From assembly GCA_046758505.1 (NCBI GenBank), contig JBHIAH010000019.1:1-37258 (forward strand): a stretch of DNA of 37,258 nucleotides, written 5' to 3'. Source of the DNA: Candidatus Methylomirabilales bacterium (GTDB taxonomy: Bacteria > Methylomirabilota > Methylomirabilia > Methylomirabilales > CSP1-5). The translations under genes were made by a program, and so were the position numbers. Of this stretch, positions 36,644-37,258 are shown piece by piece; the first letter of the stretch is position 1; every line of letters begins with the position of its first letter. The notes below the pieces were generated by a model, which was not told the DNA's origin, searched no databases, and saw nothing but the letters and a program-made list of their open reading frames with translations.

Positions 36644-37258
36644 CTATCCGGAGGATTGGGATGAAGCCGAACCACTGATTTCCTTCAGCTTGGCCACCAC
36701 ATCTTCCTTGATCTCTTGAAGCTCCTTTTGCGCTACGAAGCCCCCAATTGCGTTGACCTCTTCCAGGATTTGAAGAAAAAACAGGATGCTTGCGGTTAAT
36801 ACTGGCCTCGCCCACTTGTCTCCAGGGAGGAGCTTAAGTAGAAATCCGTTCTTCGGATCCCAGAACATGTGGTCGAATAAATCGGTGGCATGGACCGCCC
36901 GGGATCCGAGGCGAAATGGAAGGTCGTAGGCTGATTGCAGACTAACTTCACGCATTGCTTCCTCGATCCTGCGACCGTGCCAGGCCGCAGCTTCGTACCG
37001 TTTCTTAAACTCTTCCTCCGGCATACGGGCTTTCGCCTCGTCGACCCGCTGCCGAACCAGAGTCTTCTCTTCGTCGGAAAACATCCCCTTGAGGCCAGGA
37101 TTCTGTTCCGTCGCGTTCATCAACTTCTGGTCTTGGATGATTATAAAGTCGACGTACTGCCGTGCCCGGCCCTCACGATCATCCATCCCGAGGTATTTGA
37201 TATGCGCGAGGATCTCGGAGAGCGTCCGAAGAAGGGCCTGGGCATCTTCACATAGACC
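36644..37258 (-). CDS. DUF5677/HEPN-like protein; partial, starts beyond the right edge
   Basis: The frame stays open to the edge: GLCEDAQALLRTLSE..KYL, then W....I, Y...FR..S..VH. Confidence 0.65.
   Translation of the reverse strand, partial: GLCEDAQALLRTLSEILAHIKYLGMDDREGRARQYVDFIIIQDQKLMNATEQNPGLKGMFSDEEKTLVRQRVDEAKARMPEEEFKKRYEAAAWHGRRIEEAMREVSLQSAYDLPFRLGSRAVHATDLFDHMFWDPKNGFLLKLLPGDKWARPVLTASILFFLQILEEVNAIGGFVAQKELQEIKEDVVAKLKEISGSASSQSSG

Noticed and set aside
1..37258. CRISPR array, tRNA, rRNA or intact transposase
   Set aside because: No regularly spaced repeat-spacer units, cloverleaf or rRNA signatures, or transposase motifs were seen by eye.

Overview
GC-rich bacterial window; the gene content and intergenic repeat style suggest an NC10/Methylomirabilota-like or deltaproteobacterial-like organism (inference only). 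Left end (minus strand): egtD, a MetE-like zinc alkyltransferase, a SenA-type sulfoxide/selenoxide synthase and a betaine/ergothioneine-type ABC ATPase that runs off the edge. The key observation is that the MetE-like gene, split in two by the ORF track, is one 369-codon frame. Its single in-frame TGA sits exactly on the zinc-ligand Cys of the H-x-C-R-G-N motif and is followed by a textbook bacterial SECIS hairpin, so it is very probably a selenoprotein inside a selenoneine/ergothioneine operon. Next come a degenerate MNT-HEPN fusion, a housekeeping operon (yicC-remA-gmk-rpoZ-mobA-amidohydrolase-mqnA-aminotransferase-gph), a short RqcH/NFACT and a Ppx/GppA. An accessory region follows (MBL-rhodanese, XRE, PilZ proteins, lipoproteins, CLC, USP, beta-repeat paralogs, DUF2914, HNH, LysM), then uvrB and a lower-GC, repeat-flanked island (DUF3800, DUF5677-like). 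Two non-coding patterns also stand out. One is a duplicated leader element (conserved hairpin with a mini-ORF, then an intrinsic terminator) upstream of two stress genes. The other is a pair of sigma54 promoters, each preceded about 115 bp upstream by twin GTAA-N3-TTAC boxes.
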